Source of the DNA: Bacteroidaceae bacterium
GTDB taxonomy: Bacteria > Actinomycetota > Coriobacteriia > Coriobacteriales > CADBOM01
Assembly: GCA_963624975.1 (NCBI GenBank)
Contig: CAVFRF010000064.1
Location: forward strand, 1 to 54,506
DNA: 54,506 nucleotides
Direction of reading: 5' to 3'
Each line of letters opens with the position of its first letter. Position 1 is the stretch's first letter. The position numbers were made by a program, and so were the translations under genes. The notes below the pieces were generated by a model. It worked only from the letters and a program-made list of their open reading frames with translations. It had not been told where the DNA came from and searched no databases. Positions 7,591 to 16,746 of the stretch are shown piece by piece.

Positions 7591-8192
7591 CAGCTCTCCC
7601 CTTCCAACTTTGCCTGCAGCTTTCCGAGAGCTGCGAAGATTTTCTCGCGGTCCTCGTCTTTGTGTCCGTCGGTCCACCATTGCAAGACCATCTTGACCAG
7701 ACCACCCGACACGAACGCGGCGAACATCTCCTTGTCGATGTCGCAGAGAATCTCGCGAGCGTTGCCCGCGTTCAGCGATTCGATTACAGATTCACCGATG
7801 AAGTCGGAAAACGACCAGAGCAGATTGCCCAGCACGTTGCTCTTCAGCACGTTGTCCATAAGACCCGAGTGCTGCGACAAGAACGTCATCATCTCGTCGG
7901 CCATCATGGTCTCGCATTCATAGGAGCCCATGGGCGTGTCTCTGCCGGCCACGGCAGAACGAAACTTGTCGCGGATGCGCGCCATGTAGAACCTGAAGAA
8001 CTCGTTCTTGTCCTCGAAATGCTTGTAGAACGTGGTGCGGCGAATCATGGCCCGTTCGCACAGAAGCCCGATGGTGATCTCTTCAAAGCGCATCTCCTCC
8101 ATGAGGGTGGTAAACGCATCTGTGAGCGCCATGTAGGTTTTCTGAACGCGCAGATCCGAGGTCTGCATCTTGCCTTCGACATCAAAAGCCAT
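7587..8192 (-). CDS. TetR/AcrR-family transcriptional regulator
   Basis: N-terminal HTH with the ITIGLLCERAMIRRTTFYKHFEDK signature. The start is uncertain: Met at 8234, 8192 or 8171. Confidence 0.85.
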   Translation of the reverse strand: MAFDVEGKMQTSDLRVQKTYMALTDAFTTLMEEMRFEEITIGLLCERAMIRRTTFYKHFEDKNEFFRFYMARIRDKFRSAVAGRDTPMGSYECETMMADEMMTFLSQHSGLMDNVLKSNVLGNLLWSFSDFIGESVIESLNAGNAREILCDIDKEMFAAFVSGGLVKMVLQWWTDGHKDEDREKIFAALGKLQAKLEGESC

Positions 8193-8324
8193 GTGTCTCA
8201 GCCCGCCAATCTCATCAAAGTGAGCCGTCCCCACCGACGGCTTGCTATGACTCTATTGTAGGCGACAATAACGAACATGTGTCGCTTATTTTACAAGTGT
8301 CCACGATTGGCAGCTGGCGATTAG

Positions 8325-8825
8325 CTAGATCATATAGAAGCCCAAGATGCCGCTCAGGACTCCCAGCAGCAGGCCGCAGGCCACGTCTTTGGGGAAGTGC
8401 ACGCCGGTGAGCACTCGCACTGCGGCAAGCAGCACCGATACGGCTAGCATGATCGCACCCGGTATCGGGGTTGGCAAAGCTGTCATGAACGTCATGGAGA
8501 TTACCGAGATTGAGAACACGTGGCGGCTGGGCATCGACTTGCCCTTGGTGTTCTTGGGAATCACCGAACTGCGCCCGAACACCTCGTAGGGCCTTGGTGC
8601 GTTGATGAGCTTGCGCACCACGGTGACCAGCACGAACGATATGAACGGCACCAGCACGGCACGCAGCAAAAGCGGGCTGCCGGTGCACGCCAGCCATACC
8701 AGCAGAGACGGATATGCGACGTAGACCGCGTAGGTGATGGCCTTGTTGGCGAGCGAGATGGCCTTCGCGCAACGGGGCCTCTGCTCGAACCATTCCATCA
8801 TGGAGTCGTAGGTGCTCTTCTGCAT
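8325..8825 (-). CDS. PAP2-family phosphatase (membrane)
   Basis: 166 aa. The three PAP2 motifs are visible: KLINAPRP, PSRH, and VRVLTGVHFPKD. Confidence 0.85.
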   Translation of the reverse strand: MQKSTYDSMMEWFEQRPRCAKAISLANKAITYAVYVAYPSLLVWLACTGSPLLLRAVLVPFISFVLVTVVRKLINAPRPYEVFGRSSVIPKNTKGKSMPSRHVFSISVISMTFMTALPTPIPGAIMLAVSVLLAAVRVLTGVHFPKDVACGLLLGVLSGILGFYMI

Positions 8826-8858
8826 ACAGGCTCCCCTTGCGTGCGCGTATTGCGAATG

Positions 8859-9959
8859 CTAGTTCTGCGGAGTGTGGTGCGCGGGATAGGTCTGGCGGTC
8901 GATGCCCTTGAAGGTGTAGCCCAGCTGCTGGTAGTACTCGATGATCGAGGGCAGGGCATCCACGGTCGACTGCTTGGTGGCCGAATCGTGGCACAGCAGG
9001 ATGATGTTGTTGAGGTCCTCGTGACCTATGGAGTTGTCGATGGTATCCTGGGTCTCGATGTTGGAGCCATCGCCCGAGCTGACGTTCCAGTCGTAGTACT
9101 GGTAGCCCTTCTCGTGAACAGAATCCACCAGGCGCGACATGATGCCCTCGCAGTACTTGGCCGACACCGAGTTGGACGAGCCTCCGGGGAACCTGATATA
9201 GGCTGGCACGTAGCCGATCTGCTCCTTGACCACCTGCGCGATCTGGTCCAGGTCCTCGAAATACGCCTCGTCCGACGCATAGACCTGCTCGTAGTCGTGG
9301 GTGTAGGTGTGCATCCCCACGGTGTGGCCGCGCTTGGCCTCCTCGGCGATGAGGTAGAAGCAATCCTCGCTATGGCCCACCACGAAGAACGTTGCCTTGG
9401 CGTTGTACTTGTCGAGGATGTCGAGCACCTGAGGGGTAAGGTCGGAGGGGCCGTCATCGAAGGTGAGGTAGACGACCTTCTCGTCGGTAGCTTCGCTAGA
9501 CCCGGGAACGTTGCCCAGCTGCACGGCGTTGACGTTGTCGGATTGCGGCGTGGTGCTGGACGCAGCCTCTTTCTGGTCGGCGGCATTGCCGGTGTCTGCG
9601 CTGCCGGCATCCGTGGTGTCGGAAGCCTGCACGTTCTGCTGCCCCAGCTGAGCCTGTCCCATCGCGCCTATGGCGAACACGCCCACGAACAGCACCAGCA
9701 CTACGGCCAGCACGCCCAGAATCCTCGGGTCCATGCGACGCGTAGAAGACCGCCTGTCCGGCTCGACCCGCGTGCTCCTTCCCTTCTGCGACCCGTCGTA
9801 GTGCACGCTACGGGTGCTTTGGACCTGAGAACCCGAATTCCACTGCGGCCTTGCGCCCTGAGAATTGCGATGCCCCTGTGCATTGTATCGGCGCCCATCG
9901 CCGCTTCTGCTGCTACCGTACTCGCTATAGCGAGAATCCCTGTTGTCCCTGCCAGCCAT
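8859..9959 (-). CDS. Polysaccharide deacetylase (NodB domain) with disordered N-terminus and one TM
   Basis: NodB motifs are present: LTFDDGPS, KATFFVVG, HTVGMHTYTHD. A TM segment (ILGVLAVVLVLFVGVFAIG) follows an R/S/G-rich N-terminus. Confidence 0.88.
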   Translation of the reverse strand: MAGRDNRDSRYSEYGSSRSGDGRRYNAQGHRNSQGARPQWNSGSQVQSTRSVHYDGSQKGRSTRVEPDRRSSTRRMDPRILGVLAVVLVLFVGVFAIGAMGQAQLGQQNVQASDTTDAGSADTGNAADQKEAASSTTPQSDNVNAVQLGNVPGSSEATDEKVVYLTFDDGPSDLTPQVLDILDKYNAKATFFVVGHSEDCFYLIAEEAKRGHTVGMHTYTHDYEQVYASDEAYFEDLDQIAQVVKEQIGYVPAYIRFPGGSSNSVSAKYCEGIMSRLVDSVHEKGYQYYDWNVSSGDGSNIETQDTIDNSIGHEDLNNIILLCHDSATKQSTVDALPSIIEYYQQLGYTFKGIDRQTYPAHHTPQN

Positions 9960-10048
9960 TTTCGCCGCTCCACACGCTGTAATCTTGCAAGCTGTCCGCC
10001 CCGGCGGTCGAGCCAGGACGGACAGCGAATTGGTTCCCTATCGTTTCC

Positions 10049-11824
10049 CTACGAGCGAATCGAGATGTTGGCTTCTTTGAGCTGCCTCGGCGAAATCTCG
10101 CCGGGGGCACCCGTCATCGGATCGGAACCGCTGGAGGTCTTCGGGAACGCAATCACGTCGCGGATCGACTGGAAGCCTCCCAGCAGCATGCACACTCGGT
10201 CGAGTCCGAGCGCGATTCCTCCGTGAGGCGGCGCACCGTAGGAAAGCGCCTCGAGCAGAAAGCCGAACTTCTCCTCGATCTCTTCGTCGGAGAGTCCGAG
10301 ACGACGCAGAACCCTGCGCTGCATCTCGGGGGTATGGATACGGATGGTGCCGCCTCCGATCTCGAAGCCGTCCATCACGATATCGTACGAGTAGCTGCCG
10401 CACTCCAGCGGGGCGTCCTCGATCTTGTCCACGTCTTCGTCCTTGATGCGGGTGAAGGGGTGGTGCTCCGCGCCGTAGCGGCCTTCCTTCTCGTCGTACT
10501 TGAACATCGGGAAGTCGACCACCCACAGCAGCGCATGGCCCTTGCGCTCGATGCCCAGGAGGTCGGCGGTGTGCAGCCTGAGGGCGGAGAGCACCGCGCT
10601 TGCAACCTCGTAGGTGTCGGCGGCGAACAGCACCAGATCGCCGGGCTCCACGTTGCAGGCCTGCTTGATCTGCGCGTACATCTCGTCGTCGAAGAACTTG
10701 ATAATCGGCGACTTCTCGTCACCGCCGGACGTGAAGGCAATCCAGGCCATGCCCTTGGCGCCGTTGTCGGCTGCAACCGCGCCGAGCTTGTCGATCTCGC
10801 CACGCGACCAGTCGCCAGCACCCTTAACGTTGATGGCCTTGACCACGCCTCCGTTCTCGATGGCACCGGAGAACACCTTGAAGCCGCATCCGCGCACGAT
10901 GTCGGTGAGGTCAACCAGCTCCATGCCAAAGCGCACATCGGGACGGTCGTTGCCGAAGCGGTCCATGGAATCCTTCCAGGAGATGCGCTGCAGCGGGAAC
11001 TCGTGCTCCACGCCCACCGACTGCAGGACCTCCTGCATCACGTCTTCCATCATCTGCATCACGTCGTCTTGCGTGACGAAGCTCATCTCGATGTCGAGCT
11101 GGGTAAACTCGGGCTGGCGGTCGGCGCGCAGGTCCTCGTCCCTGAAACAGCGGGCCACCTGGTAGTAGCGCTCCACGCCGCCCACCATGAGGAGCTGCTT
11201 GAAGAGCTGCGGCGACTGCGGCAGCGCGTAGAACCTGCCCGGCGCCAGCCTGGCCGGCACGATGAAGTCGCGGGCGCCTTCGGGAGTGGACTTGCCCAGG
11301 ACGGGAGTCTCGACCTCCATGAAGCCCCTGTCGCCAAGGGCGTTGCGCATGGCGCGGGTCACGTCGGAGCGGAGCTTGAGGGCGTTGAGCACCTCGGGGC
11401 GCCTGATGTCGAGGAAGCGCCAGCGCATCCTCGTGATCTCGTCGGTGTCGATGCCGTCCTCGATGGCGAAGGGCGGGGTCTTCGACTCGCTCAGCACCTG
11501 CATCGAGGTCGCCTCGATCTCGATGGCGCCGGTGGAAAGGGAATCGTTCTCGGTGTCGTCGGGCCTGTGCCTCACCTTGCCGCCGATCAGCACGGTCCAT
11601 TCGGGCCTGATCTTCTCGGCGAGCGCGAACGCGTCGCCCGAATAGTCGGGGTCGAACGTGCACTGCACGTAGCCGCTCCTGTCACGAAGGTCGACGAAGA
11701 TAAGTCCACCATGATCGCGCCTTCTGGCAACCCATCCGGTGAGCTTGACCTCTTCGCCGATGTTATCGGTGGTGAGTTCTCCGCACGCGTACGTGTGCAT
11801 CGAGTACTTGCTGGAATCCGACAT
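10049..11824 (-). CDS. aspS: Aspartate--tRNA ligase
   Basis: 591 aa. It has an N-terminal OB fold (GWVARRRDHGGLIFVDLRD) and class II motifs (FRDEDLRADRQPEFTQLD, GGGTIRIH, GIALGLDR). Confidence 0.97.
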   Translation of the reverse strand: MSDSSKYSMHTYACGELTTDNIGEEVKLTGWVARRRDHGGLIFVDLRDRSGYVQCTFDPDYSGDAFALAEKIRPEWTVLIGGKVRHRPDDTENDSLSTGAIEIEATSMQVLSESKTPPFAIEDGIDTDEITRMRWRFLDIRRPEVLNALKLRSDVTRAMRNALGDRGFMEVETPVLGKSTPEGARDFIVPARLAPGRFYALPQSPQLFKQLLMVGGVERYYQVARCFRDEDLRADRQPEFTQLDIEMSFVTQDDVMQMMEDVMQEVLQSVGVEHEFPLQRISWKDSMDRFGNDRPDVRFGMELVDLTDIVRGCGFKVFSGAIENGGVVKAINVKGAGDWSRGEIDKLGAVAADNGAKGMAWIAFTSGGDEKSPIIKFFDDEMYAQIKQACNVEPGDLVLFAADTYEVASAVLSALRLHTADLLGIERKGHALLWVVDFPMFKYDEKEGRYGAEHHPFTRIKDEDVDKIEDAPLECGSYSYDIVMDGFEIGGGTIRIHTPEMQRRVLRRLGLSDEEIEEKFGFLLEALSYGAPPHGGIALGLDRVCMLLGGFQSIRDVIAFPKTSSGSDPMTGAPGEISPRQLKEANISIRS

Positions 11825-11867
11825 TATCCGATTCTCTCCTTATTGACTTGCTTTCCGTTCTTGAAAC

Positions 11868-11900
11868 GGGAGCCTCCGTGCATGCAGGCACGCGGCTCCC
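11868..11900 (-). other. GC-rich hairpin in the hisS-aspS spacer
   Basis: GGGAGCC..GGCTCCC encloses CGTGC..GCACG. It sits about 45 nt upstream of the aspS start, with no U-tract. The role (processing or attenuation) is unknown. Confidence 0.35.
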
Positions 11901-12032
11901 GATTGTTTCACACGTTTCGAATTATCGCACACGCAGACGGGCACGGCGCAAATTCGCACCGACGTTTGCAGCCGATGGCGAGCAAATGCGAGCAGTCCGC
12001 CGCAGAAGCGGCCTCTGGACCGCGTCCGACCA

Positions 12033-13343
12033 CTACAGCCTGCCGGAAACCTCGGCCGCAACCTCGGCGATGGCCACCTGCGCCTCTTCGTGGGTCTGCA
12101 TATCGCGAATGGTGACCTTGCCCTGCGCCAGCTCGTCGGGTCCCACTACCACGGCGAGCCTGCATCCCACCTTGTCGGCCTGCTTGAACTGCGACTTGAG
12201 CGACCTCGACTGGTGATCTTGATCTGCGCTCACTCCGGCATCGCGAAGCGCCTGCACGATGGAGAAGGCGCTGTCGTCGCAGCTGGCGTCCACCACGGCC
12301 ACGTACACGTCGCAAGCCGGGGCCTCCTCGAAGTCGATGCCGGCGGCCTGCAGTGCCAGATAGGTTCTCTCGAAGCCCAGCGCGAATCCGATGCCCGGAG
12401 TGTCCTTGCCGCCCACTGCCTGCATGAGCTTGTCGTACCTGCCGCCTCCGCCGATGGCGTTCTGCGAACCCAGACCGTCGATGACCTGCACCTCGAACAC
12501 CGTGCGGGTGTAGTAGTCGAGTCCTCTCACGAGCTTGGGATCCTCGATGTACTCGATGCCGGCAAGGTCGAGATAGCGTTTGACCGCCTCGTAGTGCTCG
12601 CGGCAGTCGTCGCAGAGGTTGTCCGAGATCTTGGGCGCAGCGTCCATGATCTGCGCGCACTTCTCGTTCTTGCAGTCGAAGGCGCGCAGCGGGTTGATGT
12701 CGGCGCGCCTGTTGCACTCCTCGCACATCTCGTCCGCATGGTCGTGGATGTAGCCGCGCACCGTCTCGCGGTAGGCCGGGCGGCACGCGTCGTCTCCCAT
12801 GGAGTTGACGAGCAGCCTCACCGACTCGCGCTTCACGCCCATCTCCTCGAAGAAGCGGATGAGCATCGCGATCATCTCGGCATCTGCCGAAGGCTCGTGG
12901 GCGCCCAGGCACTCGGCTCCGATCTGGTGGAACTGCCTTAGCCTGCCCTTCTGTGGACGCTCGCATCTGAACATCGGTCCCGCGTACATGAGCTTCACGG
13001 CTGCGCCGCCCTGCGGAACGAGGTTGTGCTCGATCGCGCAGCGCACCACGCCTGCGGTGCCCTCGGGGCGAAGCGAGAGGTTCTGCGCGTCCTTGAGCGG
13101 TATGCTCTCCGACACCTTGGCGAAAGCATCGTTGGACAGCACGTGGAACATCTCCTTGTCCACCACGTCGGTGGCCTGGCCTATGCCCCTCACGAACACG
13201 TCCTGCTGCTCGAACATCGGGGTTTCCATGAACCTGTAGCCGTACTTCGAGAATACGTTGCGAGCCGTTTCCTGCATCGACTGCCAGGCCAGCGAGTTCG
13301 CCCCCAGCAGGTCTTCTGTTCCACGAGGTGCCTTCGTTGCCAT
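12033..13343 (-). CDS. hisS: Histidine--tRNA ligase
   Basis: 436 aa. It has the class II HisRS signatures (MFRCERPQKGRLRQFHQIG, GGGRYD) and a C-terminal anticodon-binding domain. Confidence 0.97.
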   Translation of the reverse strand: MATKAPRGTEDLLGANSLAWQSMQETARNVFSKYGYRFMETPMFEQQDVFVRGIGQATDVVDKEMFHVLSNDAFAKVSESIPLKDAQNLSLRPEGTAGVVRCAIEHNLVPQGGAAVKLMYAGPMFRCERPQKGRLRQFHQIGAECLGAHEPSADAEMIAMLIRFFEEMGVKRESVRLLVNSMGDDACRPAYRETVRGYIHDHADEMCEECNRRADINPLRAFDCKNEKCAQIMDAAPKISDNLCDDCREHYEAVKRYLDLAGIEYIEDPKLVRGLDYYTRTVFEVQVIDGLGSQNAIGGGGRYDKLMQAVGGKDTPGIGFALGFERTYLALQAAGIDFEEAPACDVYVAVVDASCDDSAFSIVQALRDAGVSADQDHQSRSLKSQFKQADKVGCRLAVVVGPDELAQGKVTIRDMQTHEEAQVAIAEVAAEVSGRL

Positions 13344-13509
13344 ATTGCGCTTCCAATCTCTAGATTCGGACTATACGCTGCCGTTATAGCACGCCTGCAT
13401 CGTGCGATGCCGTATCAGGCTGAAGTTGCGTTCGAATTTTGCACGTACGTTTTTCACTTTAGCAGAACGGTCATCTTGCAAGGCCACTGCAAAGACGGAT
13501 GGAAAGCGC

Positions 13510-13552
13510 GCTCGTGCCACCTGCGCGTTTTGCATTCTAAGGTGGCACGAGC
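13510..13552 (-). terminator. Hairpin downstream of the surface-protein gene
   Basis: 13-bp arms GCTCGTGCCACCT and AGGTGGCACGAGC with a 17-nt loop. On the minus strand it is followed by GCGCUUUCC, a weak U-tract. Confidence 0.45.
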
Positions 13553-13575
13553 TATTGTCTGGGATCTGCGCAGCT

Positions 13576-15588
13576 CTACTTGCCGCAGATGCGCCTCTTG
13601 GATACCAGCGCCTTCAGCAGAAGCGCTATTCCGCTGCCCACGCATGCCAGCAAGACGCCGATCACCGCTATGCCCACGTCGCCGGTCTTGGGCACGTACC
13701 CCTTGGCCGACACGTTGCCGGAAGTCGTGCCTGTGGTGTCCACATCCTCGGGATCCGCCGGGTCGACAAGCGGCTCCTCGCCGGGCACCACCACCTCGTG
13801 CTCGACTTTGTTGGTCGAAAGCGAGATCTGTCCGTCGTTCACGCCGATGTCGGCCTTGTTCTCCACGAGGGTTCCCGCAGCTGCATCCGCGTCCACCACC
13901 ACGTCGAACCTGAGCTTCACGCTCTCGCCGGGCGCCACATCGCTCCATGTAGCGCAGACAACCCCGCTGCCATCGTGCACCATGCTCGTGTCCAGCTCGC
14001 CCTTCGAGCACGACTCGCCCTCCTCGCACGCCACGCTGTCTTCGACGAGCTTGGTGTGCTGTGGCACTGCATCGGTTACGATCACCTTCTGCGAAACGGT
14101 GTCGGAGTTGCGATAATCCACCTCATACGAGATCTTCTGCCCGGGCTTCACGGTCTCGCCCGACTCCGGGTCGGAGGACTTGAGTGCCGTTGCCTCGACC
14201 CACCTGCCGTACAGCGTGGTCTGAGCGGATGTGAGCGGGGTGCCGTCGACCCACTTGTCGGTGCACTCTTCGTCGGTATACCAGCCCAGGAAGTAGTAGC
14301 CCTCGTCGGAAGTCTGCATCCCGGGTTTGGCGGTGTACTCGTCGTAGAGGTCGTACGTCTGCTCGTCTACGGGCACCGCGTCGGTAAGCTCGGGGTCGGG
14401 CACCACGTCGCCCACAATCTCATAGTCCACGTTGGCCTGGATCTGCATGTTCATCTCGATGAGCAGGTTGGAAGCATCGCCTCCTCGCTCCAGATATGCG
14501 AGCTTGAAGTTGTGCTCGCTCGAAGGCTCAAGCTCGATGCCAAGCTCGTCGAACGTCACGTATCCGTAGGTGTCGGCGTTCCAGTCCACTCCTGCCTCGT
14601 CGAATCCGCTCGTGTTCATCGTGGTGCCCGAGTTGGCCACGCTTGCAGAGAACGACTCCATCTGCGCCTCCGAGAATGTGGTGCCGTACACCACGATCTG
14701 GTTTGCGAAGTCGATGTATCCCGGAACCGCCCCATGTGCACCGCCCAGGTCCAGCGCCAGCTTGTCGTCCACGTAGACCACCAGGTCGTCGTCTCCGGAG
14801 AACGCGAAGAAGTACTCGTTGTTGTCCAGATACGCCTGGCTGGGCAGGTAGAAGTCGAAGTCCATGGTCATCCCGAAGTGGACCTCTACCTCTCCGAAGG
14901 GCCAGAAGCCCATGTTCTGCTCTGGATTGGACTCGGCTACCCGCTCCGTCTTGGAGATGTGCCCGTCGCCGTCGAACCTCGACCACGACTCCTTGGACGA
15001 GTAATGGTAGGTGTTGTTGCTGCGGTCGTAGCTGAAGTCCATCAGCACATCGTCGTACACCTGCTTGAAGCACGTCCCTCCGTAGCTGCAGCTAGCGGAG
15101 TCTTTGCCGAACAGGTCGCGCGACGGCACGGCTATGATATCGGACCAGTTGGAGAATTCCGGCTCGAACATCCCCCATCTGAACATGCCCCCTTTGAGCG
15201 TGGAGCCGTCTTCGTCTAGAAACGAGCTGGGGTTTCCCGGGGTGAGCCAATCGGTCCACCACGCGTCCCAGAAGCGCATCGTAGCCGGCTTGTCGACTTC
15301 GGCAGCCTCCCAGTTGGTTGCGCAGTCCAGCCCTTCGTTTAAGACGGTCGGATCCTTGGTGACCCACTCCCCATCGACTTCGCAACCGTAGTCGTATAGC
15401 GTTACCGGAATTTGCACCGTATCGGAATACCTCTCGGTATCCATAGCCACGGCACCTGGATAGGTGATGTCGGCTATCGTCACGGCATGGGCCACCGCAG
15501 CCGGATACAGGCACATGGTGAACAAAAGCACTGCCGCAAGCCCTAGCGCGAACGCCGTCGAACGTGGTTTGAATTTGGTTTCCCTCAT
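13576..15588 (-). CDS. Sortase-anchored surface protein (fibro-slime/PA14-like, Listeria-Bacteroides repeat and DUF11-like domains)
   Basis: Start set at Met 15588, with AGGAGG 6 nt upstream. It has a signal peptide, then FSGDDDLVVYVDDKLALDLGGAHG (fibro-slime signature), YYFLGWYTDEECT...LYGRW, and a C-terminal VPKTGD sorting motif followed by a TM segment and KRR. Confidence 0.88.
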   Translation of the reverse strand: MRETKFKPRSTAFALGLAAVLLFTMCLYPAAVAHAVTIADITYPGAVAMDTERYSDTVQIPVTLYDYGCEVDGEWVTKDPTVLNEGLDCATNWEAAEVDKPATMRFWDAWWTDWLTPGNPSSFLDEDGSTLKGGMFRWGMFEPEFSNWSDIIAVPSRDLFGKDSASCSYGGTCFKQVYDDVLMDFSYDRSNNTYHYSSKESWSRFDGDGHISKTERVAESNPEQNMGFWPFGEVEVHFGMTMDFDFYLPSQAYLDNNEYFFAFSGDDDLVVYVDDKLALDLGGAHGAVPGYIDFANQIVVYGTTFSEAQMESFSASVANSGTTMNTSGFDEAGVDWNADTYGYVTFDELGIELEPSSEHNFKLAYLERGGDASNLLIEMNMQIQANVDYEIVGDVVPDPELTDAVPVDEQTYDLYDEYTAKPGMQTSDEGYYFLGWYTDEECTDKWVDGTPLTSAQTTLYGRWVEATALKSSDPESGETVKPGQKISYEVDYRNSDTVSQKVIVTDAVPQHTKLVEDSVACEEGESCSKGELDTSMVHDGSGVVCATWSDVAPGESVKLRFDVVVDADAAAGTLVENKADIGVNDGQISLSTNKVEHEVVVPGEEPLVDPADPEDVDTTGTTSGNVSAKGYVPKTGDVGIAVIGVLLACVGSGIALLLKALVSKRRICGK

Positions 15589-15640
15589 GATTGTCCTCCT
15601 GCTGGTTAACAACATTGCGAGGACAACTCTAGAGGGCGAA

Positions 15641-15681
15641 TCTTACCGAAATGTATAACCATTTCTTACCAAATTCTTACC
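15641..15681 (-). promoter_or_regulatory. Three direct TCTTACC repeats upstream of the surface-protein gene
   Basis: TCTTACC starts at 15641, 15664 and 15675, giving spacings of 23 and 11 bp. The repeats sit 50-95 nt upstream of the start codon. Confidence 0.35.
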
Positions 15682-15952
15682 AGATTCAAAACCATTTCCA
15701 ACCGTGTCGAAGGTGTCCGAGTACTCTTTCAGACACGTAAGACGAAACCGCGCATTCGTATGCAGCAATCGCTTCCCGGCCGCCGCCCTTGCAGCCACGC
15801 TTCAGCCGCTCGCGCACGAAAACGGCACGCGTGCCGCAGCCCTACAGCTACTGCCCGCGTGCCGTCATCTGGCATCGCATATGTCTCTCGCAAGGCATGC
15901 GCCTCGCCGAACCCGCACACCGGGCCGCAAGCGGCCCACCGCGCAAACCCCC

Positions 15953-16576
15953 TTACGAGTTCTTCATGATCACCGTGCTCATCACGTCGCCTGCCTGCGC
16001 GCACTTGTCGCAGCACTTCTCCATGATCCTCACCAGGCTCTCCCACACCATCACGTAGGACGCGTCGTGCAGGTACTTCACGTGCAGCGTGCGGATGGCG
16101 TCCACGTACTTCCTGTCGGCGGCCTCCTCGTAGTCGCTCACGTCTACCAGCAGGGTCTGGATCGTGGTCGACTTCTTGAAGTTGCGGAAGTCCACCATGG
16201 CTATGCGCAGCGCGTTGGCCGACTTGCCGATGAGGGAGGCCATCTCGATGGCCGGCGGGAAAATCTCCTTGATGTCGTACATGTACATCGTCATGATCAC
16301 GTCTTCGATCGAGTCCACGATGTCGTCCAGGCACTGCGCCAGCAACAGGATGTCGTCGCGCTCGATCACGGTGATGAACTCGTCGATGAGGTTCTTGTAT
16401 ATGTCGTGGTTCACATGGTCGGCGTTGTTCTCGATCGTGTGCATTGCGTTCATCTCGTCTTCGATCGCGTCGGGATCGTAGTTCATCACGACCCTCTCGA
16501 GCGCCTGCGCCTCATCGCATGCATACCCGACGATCTTTTCGAAAGCCTCGAAGTAGTCGAACCTGCTCTTGCCCAT
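15953..16576 (-). CDS. DUF47/PhoU-like protein
   Basis: Trimmed to MGKSRFDYFEAF, giving 207 aa. It is helical and acidic, with typical DUF47 layout. No adjacent Pit transporter is seen. Confidence 0.75.
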   Translation of the reverse strand: MGKSRFDYFEAFEKIVGYACDEAQALERVVMNYDPDAIEDEMNAMHTIENNADHVNHDIYKNLIDEFITVIERDDILLLAQCLDDIVDSIEDVIMTMYMYDIKEIFPPAIEMASLIGKSANALRIAMVDFRNFKKSTTIQTLLVDVSDYEEAADRKYVDAIRTLHVKYLHDASYVMVWESLVRIMEKCCDKCAQAGDVMSTVIMKNS

Positions 16577-16702
16577 CTGCTCTCCTGCCAAGTAGTTTCC
16601 AACCTGCATCTAGATTGCCGGCGCATGCACGCGCCGAAGCGCGTCTACCGCCGCAAGTATCATACACAAAAGCGCTTGAAAATCGAGACTCCAAACGCAA
16701 AG

Positions 16703-16735
16703 CGTGCGCATGGGGAGCCACGCCCCATGCGCACG
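16703..16735 (-). terminator. Terminator hairpin after gatB
   Basis: CGTGCGCATGGGG and CCCCATGCGCACG form a 13-bp stem with a 7-nt loop, 12 nt past the gatB stop. On the minus strand it is followed by GCUUUGCGUUUGG. Confidence 0.6.
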
Positions 16736-16746
16736 ATCGGCACCAT

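Noticed and set aside
7407-7602. yybP-ykoY manganese riboswitch upstream of mntP
   Set aside because: One is expected from established mntP regulation, and GGGGAGAG plus UGACGACACAC strings vaguely resemble the L1 and L3 loops. However, the GGGGAG lies inside the last codons of the tetR gene. The rest of the leader aligns better with the dispersed repeat unit seen at 4671..4716. It needs cmsearch with RF00080 before any call.
13344-13575. T-box leader for hisS
   Set aside because: AAGGTGGCACGAGC resembles the T-box core AGGGTGGTACCGCG, but it is on the plus strand, the wrong orientation for minus-strand hisS. It forms the right arm of the terminator hairpin of the upstream gene.
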